A stretch of 64,000 bases of DNA, from assembly GCA_030390025.1 (NCBI GenBank), contig CM059431.1:112842001-112906000 (forward strand). The letters are read 5' to 3'. Of the stretch, positions 48,468 to 61,345 are shown one piece after another. The first letter of the stretch is position 1. Each line of letters opens with the position of its first letter. The notes under the pieces were generated by a model. It ran no database searches. It had not been told where the DNA came from and worked only from the letters and a program-made list of their open reading frames with translations. The position numbers and the translations under genes are program-made. The stretch is from Squalus acanthias. Lineage: Eukaryota.

Positions 48468-50030
48468 TGATGCTGAAATTCGATAGCGCAAAAAAAAGGG
48501 CGCGGGCACCGCGATGGGAGATATGTCTGCGCCCGTTCAGAAGGCGCAGGCAGCACGTCAATTTGGCGCTGCCGGCTAATTACCATGATAGGAGCGCACA
48601 GCCTAGCGAGGAATGCGCTGCTGACATGCTGTGCGCTCAGCAGGGGGCCGAAGTTCACGTCGATGGGGCTTTACTTAAAGCTAGCCTGTTCCTCTTCAAG
48701 GGAGTCTGCAGATTTTAAAGCTGAACTGCCTGCTGCATATAAAAAAATTAAACATCCTTCAGCACTAAGCAGTCTGCAGCTCTGAAAGCTGCACTGCCTT
48801 CTGTACATAAAAAAATTAAAAATTGTTCAGAATTAGGTAGTCTGCAGCTCTTAAAGCTGCACTGCCTTCTGCACATAACAAATGCTAAAAGTGCTTCAGC
48901 ACTAACACAAATGGGTCAACAGGCTAGGTAAAGGGCACCTAGGGTCTCTGACCCAGCAATCCAGCTTTGTACAGGGCGGTCAACACAAGAAGAGAGGTCC
49001 CCTACCCACAGGGGGCCAGGAGGCCCTACAGAGAGAAGAATGTGGGACCAGATCACCGAGGCAGTCACTGCCAATAGTGTCACCCCTAGGACATGGCTCC
49101 AGTGCCCAAAGAAGTTTCATGACCTCAGACCAGTGGTCAAGGTCAGTGAATGCATCTTCAAAAGCCCTCTCCTACCAACTGCACCACGAGCCTTACACAC
49201 TGCTCAATGCACCCCCGCCCCCAAATCACTCACCTACCAACAATCTCTACCAAACACGAGGCACACCTCACATTCCTAGCTTCATTTCACCTCCTTGGAG
49301 GAGATGGTGCTGGCCTTTCTGGTCAGGGCCATGGGTGAGCCCTTGGCCAGCGGTGGGGCTGAAAGAATACAAGATGCAGGTATCCTCATACATTATCCTC
49401 CTTCTCACAACCCACTTCCCCCTCATCTCACAATCTCTTCTGATTTACAAGCTGCACATGGTGTAAGCATGCACCTCTTGCTTTACCACCTCCCCTCACC
49501 ACAACACTACCCTTGTGCCTTCCTCATTTGAGACACCCAAGAAATCCAGCCTGCCCAGCCAATGGTTGATCAAGAAGAGGGAGGGGAGAAAGAAGAAGAA
49601 GAAGAAACACTGTCACCCGATTTCACACTCCCAGCCACCAGCTCCTCCAAGTTGTCCTGCAAGGCCATCTGCAGTGTCCCCCATTGAAAATCAGCAGTCT
49701 TCCACCAGCATGTTGCAGCCACTGGGGTAGCACTGCATAACATCACTAGGATAGGCAAAGGCACACGCAAGACAGTCACTAAGGGAATGCACAAAAGTGA
49801 TTAGTTGATTTTTTGATGTAATATTGGGTGCATATATGAGTACAGTTGGATTGGAAAGTTTGCTTTGTGGTGGCTTTTATTTCAGCATTGTGGCCAAGAG
49901 GACGCTGAGATGGTCAGTAACAGAGGGAAGGTAAGGTATGGGACAAATGTTGAAAGAGGAATTGGGGTTGTGTTCGCTGGTATCTCAGGCAGATGATTCG
50001 ATCCCGGATATATGGGGAATGAAGGCTGTT
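48468..50030 (+). mobile_element. Harbinger derivative with Myb/SANT remnant, right end missing
   Basis: MWDQITEAVTANSVTPRTWLQCPKKFHDL; inverted homologue of ~36400-37808; ~70-bp tandem duplication at ~48715-48905. Confidence 0.88.
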
Positions 50031-50074
50031 TGACTGACAGTCAAGGATCATCCATTTGGGTAACAAAGTAAGTA

Positions 50075-50950
50075 ATTTTAAGCCACAAAAACGGGTGGGT
50101 TTGGTTCGGATGGGAGGTTAAAAATTTAAAAATCTGAAACAGGAACCCAACCCGCCTCAAACCCTCCCATTTCCGGTTTTAACGGAGGCGGGACGAGTGG
50201 CGGGCAACCAATCTGCTTGCAGGAGGTGAGTCGGTCATCAAAGCCTCTTAAGGAGGCTGCATGCCTCCATTTTAACATTGATTCTATTTCTAACCACAGT
50301 CGGCCAGGTTTCCCAGGCCACGGGAAGCCCGGCAAGTAAAAGAAGGCGAGAAAGGCTGCATCAATAAGGTAAGTGTCTTTACAGCACTGCTTGTGGGCCA
50401 GGAGGAGCAGACGTCTTTCCTCCAGGCCCAACAAGCTTACCTGAAACCCCTCCCCGAGTGATCTGTCTGCTCCCCCACCCCCCACCGTGATCGGGCTCCC
50501 CCACCACCATCTGCTCCCCCCCAACCATGTTCTACCCCAAGACCACCATCTCCTCCCACACCACCCCTCGACCACCATCTGCTCCCCCCGCCCCATGATC
50601 GGGACCCCCCCGGCCACTTTCTGCACCACCCACCCCCGTGATCGGATCCCCCCCCCGACCATCATCTGCTCCCCTCGCCCCGTGATTGGGATTCCCCCGA
50701 CCACTTTCTGCACCTCCCACCCCCCCCGACCATCATCTGCTCCCCCCGCCCTGTGATTGGGATTCTCCCGACCACTTTCTGCACCTCCCACCCCCCTGGG
50801 ATCGGATCCCCCCCCCCCGACCATCATCTGCTCCCCACCCACTGTGATCAGACCCTCACGGCCACCATCCCCCCCTCCTCTGTGATCTCCCCACCCCCCA
50901 CACAGCACTGGACCCCCAACAGCGATCTCTGTGAACGTGTTGGGCGACCA
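50075..50950. mobile_element. Harbinger-type MITE fragment with C-rich GATC-containing internal repeats
   Basis: ATTTTAA-type terminus; AACCCGCC subterminal motifs; repeated CCCC..GATC/GACCA units at ~50440-50930. Confidence 0.6.
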
Positions 50951-52379
50951 ATGGCGGGAGTGTGGGGGCGGGGCAGTTGAAGGCAGGAGGTAGTATGATG
51001 AAACCTGCAGGAATATATTCACCAGAGTGGGCAACCCTAGCACAGACCAGGGCATCAAATCTTCACTGAGCCTAAACATTACTTTTCAACAGTATCATTG
51101 TAGAAAAACAATATACTGCGCAGTACGTTTTTTTTTGCACCTAACAAACATCCTTTTGGTCTGCAAAAGGTTAATTTAGTGAAACAAGTGGTTGATGAAA
51201 TATGATGGTATGCTGCCAAGACAACTTGGCTTGTACACATCATCTGCAGATGAAACAAGTCTTGACACACAGCCAACTGTTTTGCACTATCAGAAGTGAG
51301 TCAGTTATGGCAGCCTATCAGACAATAGGATTAAACAACGCTTCTTGTCAAACACAGTTAGCCTAAAGAGCAAGTGGGGATATTTTTAAAGCAGAAATCG
51401 TCTTTTTGAGGTCACCTGGTCAATGGAATAAAATGAATGCCACATGTTCCATTTTTCCCTTGCAGTACAAAGTCATATCCTATTGTTAAGCACAAGATGC
51501 TCATGGTTACAATGAGTAAGCACAAATGTGATGACTCACTGTAAGTGAAACCTTATAACTGTGACATTTAGGGATTTTCAAAGTCCTCAATGACTGCCTC
51601 CCACATCTTTTGATGGTTCTTTGCTACTGAAATTGAACATATGTCGATAGCAATGTTTTGATATACCTTTTATTTTCTCAATTGGTTGCGAGAGTTGTTT
51701 CTGAGTCTAACACTAGAATAAACTTAAGACGTGGTTTAAAGCTTGGAATATACCCACTTTGCCACACTGTTTGGGACCCAGATGGAATTGTTATTTCCAA
51801 TGGAAGATCGAACACTGAAAGCTTTCTCTGCTGTGGTCAGTAAGATTACAGGCACCCACCTGATGCGGTGCTGAGTCGGAAGGTTGTAAAATCCCTTTTT
51901 AAACCTCTGGTTTGTGGTGAGTCAACTGATCGCAGCTTGGAGAACTCTCTAACAGACAGTGGTGTTCTGGGCCTAGAGAGAGTCTGGCGGGGGGCCGAGG
52001 CAGACTGGGAATCCCCCACCACCACCACTCCGCCCTTGCAATGTGAGTCTCGGGAGATTTCAATCTACCGCTCGAGCCCCAACGGGAAGCTAGCTGGCCG
52101 GTGAGCGGGAATAGAATTTCGGACGGCAGTTGGCCAGTGATTTGAAAAGACGGCCCCCTACAGCCAGATAATTCAGGGGCAGGGGTGGGGGGCGGTCAGG
52201 TGAAGTCCAAAAATTCCCTTGTGCGGCCCCCAGGGGAGCACAGTCCTCTTCTGGCCACGGATCCATTTACCGGCAGGTTTTTACTGGCGGGTCCGGCAGC
52301 GAACAGGACTACCTGGATTTTTATTTTTAAAATTGGGCATCGGGAATCCTAACTGCCATCAAAAGACCCCGAATTTAAT

Positions 52380-53075
52380 ATAAAAACAGAAAATGCTGGA
52401 GATACTCAGCAGGTCAGGCAGCATCTGTGAAGAGAGAGAACCAGCGTTAAACGTTTCAGGTCCATGACCTTTCGTCAGAACTGCTGGCCTGCTGAGTTTT
52501 TCCAGCGTTTTCTGTTGTTGTTTCCATTTTCCAGCATCCGCAGTATTTTGCTATCATATTAGTGTTTGGTTCACTGCCACCTCTCTTCTAGGAATGCCCA
52601 CCTTGAAGAAGTTCTGCTCTTCTCTTCGAATCTGTTTCATTTCCTGCTCTTTTCTCAGTTCTGACGAAGGGTTTCGACCTGAAACGTTAACTCTGTTTCT
52701 CTCTCCACGGATGTTGCCTGGCCTGCTGAGTTTTTCCAGCGTTTTCTGTTGTTTCCATTTTCCAGCCTCCGCAGTATTTTGCTATCGTGGAGTTTAATAT
52801 GTTCAGGAGGCCCATGGCTGCCTGGGGCTGGGGTGCCTCAGAGTAAGTGGGTGCTTAAAATGGCGGCTGAGGCAGGAGCATGTCGGCAACGCAGCCGTTC
52901 CCAGCATTATACTTGCTTTAAATCTATTTCATTTCCTGCTTTTTTTCCAGTTCTGACGAAGGGTCTTCGACCTGCAACGTTAACTCTGTTTCTCTCTCCA
53001 CGGATGCTGCCTGGCCTGCTGAGTTTTTCCAGCGTTTTCTGTTGTTAGTTCAGATTTCCAGCATCCTGCTATCGT
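52380..53075. mobile_element. Cluster of Penelope-like terminal repeats (one inverted, several direct copies)
   Basis: Hammerhead cores at 52446-52482 (-), 52657-52692 (+) and 52949-52985 (+, GAAA mutated to GCAA); repeated GGCCTGCTGAGTTTTTCCAGCGTTTTCTGTTG. Confidence 0.8.
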
Positions 53076-53162
53076 ATCAGTAAGTATTCTACCGTTATCT
53101 TCACCACTCACCCGCCTCGTTCCCATCAGGCGGACAGGGTTAAAATTGTTATGTATAGATAA

Positions 53163-53354
53163 GGGAACAGTTTTAACCTAAGCCGCTCATCGGGAAACTC
53201 GTGGGATCGGGTGCTAAGCTGGTTTATCCCCCCCCCCCCCCAATCTTACTCTCCATTGAAGTCAGCAGAGAGAAATATTGGGCGGTATGTGAAATTGGCG
53301 TTCCGCCCGATCCTGTGGGATTCCTGCCCGGCGAATTAGGTTAAAATTATCCCC
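53163..53354. mobile_element. Short (~190 bp) palindromic MITE
   Basis: GGG..TTTTAACCTAA / TTAGGTTAAAA..CCCC; related copies at 56041 and 57756. Confidence 0.75.
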
Positions 53355-53607
53355 GAGTAAGGAGAATAGAGTCAGCTCTGATGTCCCTGACTCCTTCCCC
53401 TACACATAATTGAATAGGCTGTGGACCATCAAATTTTAGGCTCACAAATGAAGCATGATTGGTTGGGAGAAGTTGCAGAGGGATTCGAGTGTCCAAGGAA
53501 TCATAATCTAGTGTGAGTCCCTGCTTCCTGAAGTGGAGGGAAGAAAATGGGCGGGAAATAAAAAGCTGAAGGTACGATTTTCCAAAATCTCAGAGGGATG
53601 AGCGGTT

Positions 53608-54244
53608 TGATCACCATTGACCAGAAACTTAACTGTGGCAACAAGAGCAGGTCAGAGGCTAGGTATTCTGTGGCAAGTGTCTCACCTCCTGACTCCCCAA
53701 AGCCTTTCTACCATCTACAAGGTACAAGTAAGGAGTGTGATGGAATATTCTCCACTTGCCTGGATGAGTGCAGCTCCAACAACACTCAAGAAGCTCGACA
53801 CCATCCAGGACAAAGCAGCCCACTTGATTGGCACCCCATCCACCACCTTAAACATTCACTCCCTCCACCACCGGCGTACCATGGCTGCAGTGTGTACCAT
53901 CTACAAGATGCACTGCAGCAACTTGTCAAGGCTTCTTCGGCAGCACCTCCCAAACCCGCGACCTAGAGGACAAGGGCAGCAGGCGCATGGGAACACCACC
54001 ACCTCCAAGTTCCCCCCCAAGTCACACACCATCCTGACTTAGAAGTATATCGCCGATCCTTCATCGTCGCTGGGTCAAAATCCTGGAACCCCCTCCCTAA
54101 CAGCACTGTGGGAGTACCATCACCACACGGACTGCAGCGGTTCAAGAAGGCAGCTCACCACCACCTTCTCAAGGGCAACTAGGGATGGGCAATAAATGCT
54201 GGCCTTGCCAGCGACGCCCACATCCCATAAACGAATAAAAAAAA
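53608..54244 (+). mobile_element. 3' fragment of the tRNA-headed LINE family
   Basis: RAGQRLGIL..VRSVMEYSPLAWMSAAP; highly similar to 32435-33095; A tail. Confidence 0.95.
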
Positions 54245-55094
54245 GATCATTCATTCAAAAGTCCACCTGTGAATGACCAGTAAGAGTTGGTCCTGAGATT
54301 TGAGACTCAGCCACTCTACACTTACTTCCCTATTTTCTCTAAAAATGGATGTGTTGCTACGCACTGCCTGGCAACAGTAAACATTTTGAAAGTATTATTA
54401 GTTGTCTGACCTCCTCAGACTCAGTACCAGAAATGACCCAAGCTGCTCGTAAACGTATTTCAGAGAAGAGATCTGCATCTTTACAAAGTTTTCTTGTGGT
54501 TTTGATGACTAAGACTAGAGCTAATACCGGTAACTGTGGCGATTAGAAGTCACTTGAACTTTCTGCGGTCTAACATGTCAGTTTCAGGCTATTTTCGTAA
54601 CTGATTTAACTGTGATTAAACTGTCAGCAATAAAAAGCAATAAAATTAGAATTTGAAAGAAAACTGGTCAAAAGAAAGCAATTGCAATGACCTACTAGTT
54701 CAAATGGTTGAACACTTGAATTTCAACCAGGTGGCCTTGACTCTGAATACAACGGGTGCTTCTAGCGCAGGTTCAGATACTTTATTCATTTAAAATAGGC
54801 TGCTTGATGGTGCTTGATATGGAAATGAGATGATCTATCTTGGGAAAGGCAAACTGGCAAAACGTGACTCTTCTACTGATTAGTTATGGAGTGCCGTTGA
54901 TGGCACAATAGTACCTGAAAGTGTTTACCCTGCTAACTGATTGTGTTCTATGGGAAACGTATGACACCCCGTGAGGAAAACATTCAAGAAAAATCGAAGA
55001 CATTTAATTAAAAAAAAAGAAAATAATTATAAAAATTCAGAGGTGGAAGTGTACTTTTCGTTTGTGTAAATTGCGACTGTTTATAAAAGGTTGA

Positions 55095-55436
55095 GAAAAC
55101 TTGTATTTATATAGCGCCTTTATCGTAGTAAAATGTCCCAAGGCGCTTCACAAGAACGCTATAAAACAAAATTTGACACTGAGCCTTATAAGGAGATATT
55201 AGGCCAGGTGACCAAAAGCTTGGTCAAAGATATGGGTTTTAACGAGTGTCTTAAAGGAGGAGAGAAAGGTAGCGAGGCAGAGAGGTTTAGGGAGGGAATT
55301 CCAGAGCTTCGGGCCGAGGCAGCTGGAGGCACGGCCACCAATGGTGGAGTGATTAAAATTGGGGCTGCTCAAGAGGCCAGAATTGGAAGAGCGCAGAGAT
55401 CTCGGAGGGTTGTGGGGCTGAAGGAGATTACAGAGA
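55095..55436 (-). mobile_element. L2 LINE 3' end
   Basis: LRSSNSGLL..IGGRASSCLGPKLWNSLP..KTHIFDQAF; tail AAGGCGCTATATAAATACAAG. Confidence 0.88.
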
Positions 55437-56040
55437 AAAAAGAATAATCTAAAGAAAGGAACCCAGCTCAAGGAACCAAGCAGAAATATTATGTGAAGAG
55501 TCCGTCACAGGCCATTGCTTCTGTTTTGTTTGATCCCTTCTCTACATCTAATTCTTTTTTCCCCCCTCTTAAAATCCCTTAATCCCACACGATATTCCTT
55601 GACTGAACCAGAAGACTCTTATGCTTCTCTTAATTCTACTCTTTGAAAAAAGGAAACTCCAGGAAGCACAAATAAGCTGTATGGCATAGTTTAACGTCAC
55701 CTAAGATTTTCCTTTTCCACATAGGGAATCATCTCACCTCTGCTCAGTCAGTTCTGAAGCACTCGCTTGGTGAAGTTGCAGACACAAGCCCACATCCAGC
55801 ACGTTGGTACATTAAAATGTCTTACAATCAGGCTGTCCCCATTTTGTATGGTGCCTTTCTGACATGCGGTGCTGTGCCCTGGCAATACACAAGTAAGAAT
55901 TATTCATTTGTAAAAAAAAAAGGAGTTCATTTTCGGCAACATTCCAATCTGATAGAATTTAGAAGGGGAAAAATCACCTTATAAACCCTTACTTGCAACT
56001 CTTGTCAGGTTGTTGATTGTGATGCTGATAGAATTAAAGT

Positions 56041-56211
56041 GGGTCATTTTAACCTTACTCGCTGGGCGGGAAGCCCACGGGATTGGGAGGATCGTCGGTT
56101 TTACACCCCGCCCAATATTACTCTTTGTTGACTAAAATCGGGTGTGGTGTAAAACCTTCGTAGCACCTGATCTTGTCAGTTTGTCGATGATCGGGTTAGG
56201 TTAAAACGCCC
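56041..56211. mobile_element. Short palindromic MITE (same family as 53163)
   Basis: GGGTCATTTTAACCT / AGGTTAAAACGCCC. Confidence 0.7.
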
Positions 56212-56467
56212 ACAAAGATTGAAGTGAAGTTTCAGATACTCCCATCGATTCCTCCCACTGCTATACTCCTGATTGATCCAAACCTGTCATTATTACTGTT
56301 CACTCAGTCTGTTCCTTCTACTGCCACTGTTCTTTTGCATAGGCTGTCCTTTTTGCCGCCATTCTTCCTCTTCTATTGCCCCATTTTTCTGCTACTGATG
56401 AATCTCTCTCTCAACCTGAGCGCCTCTCAGCCATTGATTCCAGAGCCCTACTGCCTGTGGTTACAGT

Positions 56468-57115
56468 GGCCCCGATATTTATGGGGAGGGAGTGGGGGGA
56501 GCATGTTTGCCGGGGGCAGGAAATCCAGAAATGCCGGGAACAGAGAGGTCCTGGTGAATTTAACGGCGGGACCTCATTATCATTTTTCTACTCTGTTTCC
56601 CGCCCGGCACCCGGCCAGATCGACAGGCTGGCCGGCTAACAGCAGGAAAGCCAGCGGTGGGAGGCCGCAGCCAGAGAACATCGTGGGCTGGTGGTGGGGG
56701 TGGGAGGGCGTCAGCCTATCACGGCAGCAGATTTGCTTGAGGTGCCGTGGGGGGAGGTGGGGGCACTCCTGCTCCCCCTGATCCACAAGCAACGCTGTAA
56801 AAAAAAACTTATCTGCTGGATCCGGCTGCCCCCGCCTCCCTTTAGCTGCCGGGAAACCCGTGCCGGAGGAGTTGAATTCAAATCGCTGCCAAAATATCAG
56901 GAACGGAGCCTCATTTGAATATTAGAATAACGGACCTGCCTCTCCAGAGCGGGTTACTCCGATGCCCTGATATCTGCCGTGGTTAAAACAGTAGCAGGCA
57001 CGTTCGCGGCGGGTTGGGGTCGGGTTTTGCAAATTTGCTGATTTAACCCCCCGCCCCTTGACCCTCCCGCCCGTCGTGTGGGGTGGGGGTGGTTGGTGGG
57101 TTAAAATTACTCCCA
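56468..57115. mobile_element. Harbinger-type MITE
   Basis: GC-rich, CCCGCC subterminal motifs, GGGTTAAAATTACTCCC end; related to 57935-58465. Confidence 0.55.
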
Positions 57116-57755
57116 GTGTGCCAGAGCCTTCTCACTGGGCTGACTACACAGAATGCTGTCCAAAATTTGTTCTGTTAAAGGATACAAACTAGACATATAT
57201 AGAATTGTTGATATTAAATGTGGATAACCATTATCTGTTGAAAATGGACAGCACTTACGGTTTTCCACTTACTTATAGAGCACACAGCTTGGTACTTTTA
57301 TTGCAGTTTAATTCCATTTCATAATACAAAAACATTATTAGTCCCTTGTGACACTGCTCAAGTAATAAACATTCATGCAGGCAACAGCTGTAAGCAATTC
57401 TCAAAAATAGAAATCCGTCTGCAATGATCTCAGCAATAACACTGTAGATGCAAGCTGAACAGCGATAGAGGTAAAGGTGAGTTGGGCGTGTATTTGGATG
57501 GCTCGGACTCAGTTTTACTCACGCTATTTTATAATCTAATTTTCTCTATCTTGTGTAACATCCAAACCGACTGAAACATTTCCTAAAAAGAGCAACAGAC
57601 ATGAGCTCACTGTTAATACAAAGGCAATATGATTTTTGAATTGCAAATTCGATTCGATATTATCCACTGGGTAAAATATTCAACTTGCTTCAACGCAATT
57701 CTTAGTTACAAAAATATGCAGAATTTTCACTCCCTGTCTTTGCTCTGAAACTTGA

Positions 57756-58465
57756 GGGGCAATTTCAACCCAACCCGCCCATCGGGAAACTGGTGAGATC
57801 GGGTGCAACACCGGTTTTATGCCCCACCTGATTTTACTCTCTACTGAAGTTAGTATTTGGCGGAGTTTAAAACCGGTGTCCCACCTGATCCCGTGGGTCT
57901 CCCGCCTGCCGAGTTAGGTTAAATTGATCTCCTTGGAGTCGAGTTTAACTCCTCCCGCCTGGCGGAAACTGGGCAGGAGGCATTTAAAAGGGAGCGGGAG
58001 ATTTCCCCACTCCGTTCCTGCCCCAATCTGGCCGACAATTTTAAATTGCAAACAACGACGACACTAGCTGGGTGCGGTCCTTCTTTAAATATGCAGATGA
58101 CTTCATTGAAGCCCAACTGCTATTTTTCCTGGAGGACTGAGCTGGGGAGCAATGGAGGTTTCCCCGAGTGAGGTCAATTTTTAAAATGTATTTGATGTTT
58201 CCTTGCGGGGCCAGGAGGAGCTGGAGCGCTCCGCCAAGCCCCACAAGGAAACCGCAAGCCTTCCCTACCCCAGGCTGCCCTCCTCTCCCCAAGCGGCCTG
58301 ATTTTAACTGCCCAACAGCTGCTTCCTACCAACTTCCCGGCCGGTTTGGTCGGGAAGTCGAGAAGTGACATGCTAATGAAGCCCAGCCTATCCCCGTTAC
58401 CGCTCCCGGCCAGGCCAGCCGCTCGCTAGGCCTTGTTCCCTCCCAGGTGTAAAAATGGAACCCGT
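57756..58465. mobile_element. Two adjacent MITEs (short palindromic family ~57756-57931; longer Harbinger-type ~57935-58465)
   Basis: GGGGCAATTTCAACC / GGTTAAATTGATCTCC; second element TTTAACTCC... / GGTGTAAAAT. Confidence 0.6.
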
Positions 58466-58999
58466 TGGACTTTGAATTAACTGGTGTTTTCTTTTCAGAA
58501 CTTTAGTAAGTGGATATTGGTTGTGCAAAAGTGCTCTACCATAGCTAGATTTCAGTAGCTTACCAGGTTATGTGAATTATTACTATCAGGCAGCATTTTC
58601 CTTGTAAATGGACTTGGTGCTCTACACAGTGCAAATGAAATGCAAATTGTGCATGGCTGGGAAACATAAGTGCCTTTTTTCCTCTCCAACATTTTCATTA
58701 GATGCAAATAAGCTGGTGTGAACAAGCATCCTCATCAGTTGAAATTTTGTGTGGAGCTCCAGCAGCAGAAAACGACCTGACATAAAAGCACGAACAAGGT
58801 GTTAGATAAAATCATCATTTTATTTTCTATATCTTGAAGGGGGGGGAGTGAAGCAATGGGCTGGAATGGAACACCATAATGTCAACAAGGAGATGTTCCA
58901 TGCAACATGGTTGCTTCCAAAGGACATAACACTGGATTAAGGGGCTATCGTTGGCACATTTATATTGTGGAAGAGTTTCCATTGGAGGACTGACTGCTG

Positions 59000-59680
59000 G
59001 TGCTCTGCACGCTTACATTGCGGGGCAAATTTAGAGCACCATGGCAACGCTGAAACAACAGACTGCGCAAAGAATTTGCATAGGCACAGTTCACCAGTGG
59101 CATTTGCAAATTTCTGTTCCTGGCTTCGGATCTTCTCCAAAAACTTAACCCATAGGTGGCCAGTAATAATTGTAGATGGCAGGTCGCTGCTGCTGGAGCC
59201 AGTTATGTTTGCCTCTGGTGGCCTGGTTCAGTAATTCTGCCAACGCCTGTTGTTTTAATAATTATTCCTGCTGGTGCTGAATCTGTCCTGTTTTGCTAAT
59301 ATTGGAAAACTGCATATGAGCATTTACTCAAAAGTCTCATACATGACTTTGCCAGTCTGATTATGGCGACCATTCTTGATGTTGGGGGAAGGTCTGTATA
59401 GTCCAATAATATGGAGGTCAGATTGCTGGCTTGTACAGGTGGGCTTGAGTAGCCAAACTCAGAATGGCGGATCTCCCCTTGAGTGCTATCGGCGCGACCC
59501 ATTCAGCTCTGCTGCCAATGACCTCTTTTGGCCAGAGGCGTGGAGTGTGGGACCCCCATTCCAGAAAGGTTTCACTCCCTCTATGATAGCAAGAACATCA
59601 GGCTGTTTATACTACAGCATGGCCTCTGTAGGTGCTTCTGCTGAACAAAGCAAACCTGTTATTATAAAAATGCATTCATG
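59000..59680 (-). pseudogene. Possible ancient non-LTR APE endonuclease remnant
   Basis: Collinear motif traces KQPDVLAIIE, RADSTQG, IIGLYRPSP across frames. Confidence 0.4.
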
Positions 59681-59844
59681 ATGTGGATCTTGGTGCCTCC
59701 TTGGCTACAAAGTACACTGTTATTCATGTTACAGGGATGCTTCTGAAGATAAGGTGGCCTCTGTCTGTGATGTATTATTCATGGCAGATAAAGCAATACT
59801 AGCATCAGTACAGGTGGATGTGAAAGATCAATAAGCTTGTCTTG

Positions 59845-60010
59845 TCCATGAAACCTACCTCTTGCTCCCTTGACTTCATTCCCACTAAACAGCTGACCAC
59901 CCAACTTCCCTTCCTTACCCCCATGTTAGCTAACATTGTAAATGCTTCACTATCCTTGGGTAATGACCTTTATCTTTCAAAACCACTATCACCTCCATCC
60001 TCATAAAATG
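59845..60010 (+). mobile_element. L2 ORF2 fragment
   Basis: MKPTSCSLDFIPTK.LTTQLPFL.PMLANIVNASLS. Confidence 0.8.
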
Positions 60011-60067
60011 CCTCTGCTAACCACCTCCAGGAGCTGCACTGCAATTCCAAAGACTATTGCCGGCTTC

Positions 60068-61345
60068 CGATCGCTGCCCCCCTCCCTCTCCCGATCGCTG
60101 CCCCCCTCCCTCTCCCGATCGCTGCCCCCCTCCCTCTCCCGATCGCTGCCCCCCTCCCTCTCCCGATCGCTGCCCCCCTCCCTCTCCCGATCGCTGCCCC
60201 CCTCCCTCTCCCGATCGCTGCCCCCCTCCCCCCCCTCCCTCTCCCGATCGCTGCCCCCCTCCCTCTCCCGATCGCTGCCCCCCCCCCCCCCTCTCCCGAT
60301 CGCTGCCCCCCCCTCCCTCTCCCGATCGCTGCCCCCTCCCTCTCCCGATCGCTGCCCCCTCCCTCTCCCGATCGCTGCCCCCTCCCTCTCCCGATCGCTG
60401 CCCCCCTCCCTCTCCCGATCGCTGCCCCCCTCCCTCTCCCGATCGCTGCCCCCTCCCTCTCCCGATCGCTGCCCCCCTCCCTCTCCCGATCGCTGCCCCC
60501 CTCCCTCTCCCGATCGCTGCCCCCCTCCCTCTCCCGATCGCTGCCCCCTCCCTCTCCCGATCGCTGCCCCCTCCCTCTCCCGATCGCTGCCCCCTCCCTC
60601 TCCCGATCGCTGCCCCCCTCCCTCTCCCGATCGCTGCCCCCCTCCCTCTCCCGATCGCTGCCCCCCTCCCTCTCCCGATCGCTGCCCCCCTCCCTCTCCC
60701 GATCGCTGCCCCTCTCCCGATCGCTGCCCCCCTCCCTCTCCCGATCGCTGCCCCCCTCCCTCTCCCGATCGCTGCCCCCTCCCTCTCCCGATCGCTGCCC
60801 CCTCCCTCTCCCGATCGCTTCCCTCTCCCGATCGCTGCCCCCCTCCCTCTCCCGATCGCTGCCCCCCTCCCTCTCCCGATCGCTGCCCCCCTCCCCCACC
60901 CGATCGCTGCCCCCTCCCTCTCCCGATCGCTGCCCCCTCCCTCTCCCGATCGCTGCCCCCTCCCCCCACCCGATCGCTGCCCCCTCCCTCTCCCGATCGC
61001 TCTCCCTCTCCCGATCGCTGCCCCCATTCCCCCTCCCGATCGCTGCCCCCTCCCCCTCCCGATCGCTGCCCCCTCCCCCTCCCGATCGCTGCCCCCCTCC
61101 CCCTCCCCGATCGCTGCCCCCTCCCTCTCCCGATCGCTGCCCCCTCCCTCTCCCGAATGCTGCCCCCTCCCCCACCCGATCGCTGCCCCCTCCCTGTCCC
61201 GATCGCTTCCCCCTCCCGATCGCTGCCCCCTCCCGATCGCTGCCCCCTCCCCCCTCCCGATCGCTGCCCCCACCCCCCACCCGATCGCTGCCCCCTCCCC
61301 CCTCCCGATCGCTGCCCCCTCCCCCCACCCAATCGCTGCCCCCTT
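60068..61345. repeat. GC-rich minisatellite, 23-24-bp unit CCGATCGCTGCCCCC(C)TCCCTCTC, roughly 50-55 copies
   Basis: Direct inspection; homogeneous on the left, more degenerate on the right. Confidence 0.98.

Larger units (their letters stand above)
48354..51039. mobile_element. hAT-type non-autonomous shell containing nested Harbinger elements
   Basis: TIR TAGGGTTGCC / GGCAACCCTA; 8-bp TSD GCACAGAT (48346-48353) and GCACAGAC (51040-51047), 7/8 match. Confidence 0.8.

Noticed and set aside
50126..51079. 317-aa Gly-rich ORF
   Set aside because: Arises from C-rich MITE-internal repeats
60068..61345. CRISPR-like regular repeat
   Set aside because: Head-to-tail units with no unique spacers, no cas genes, eukaryotic context
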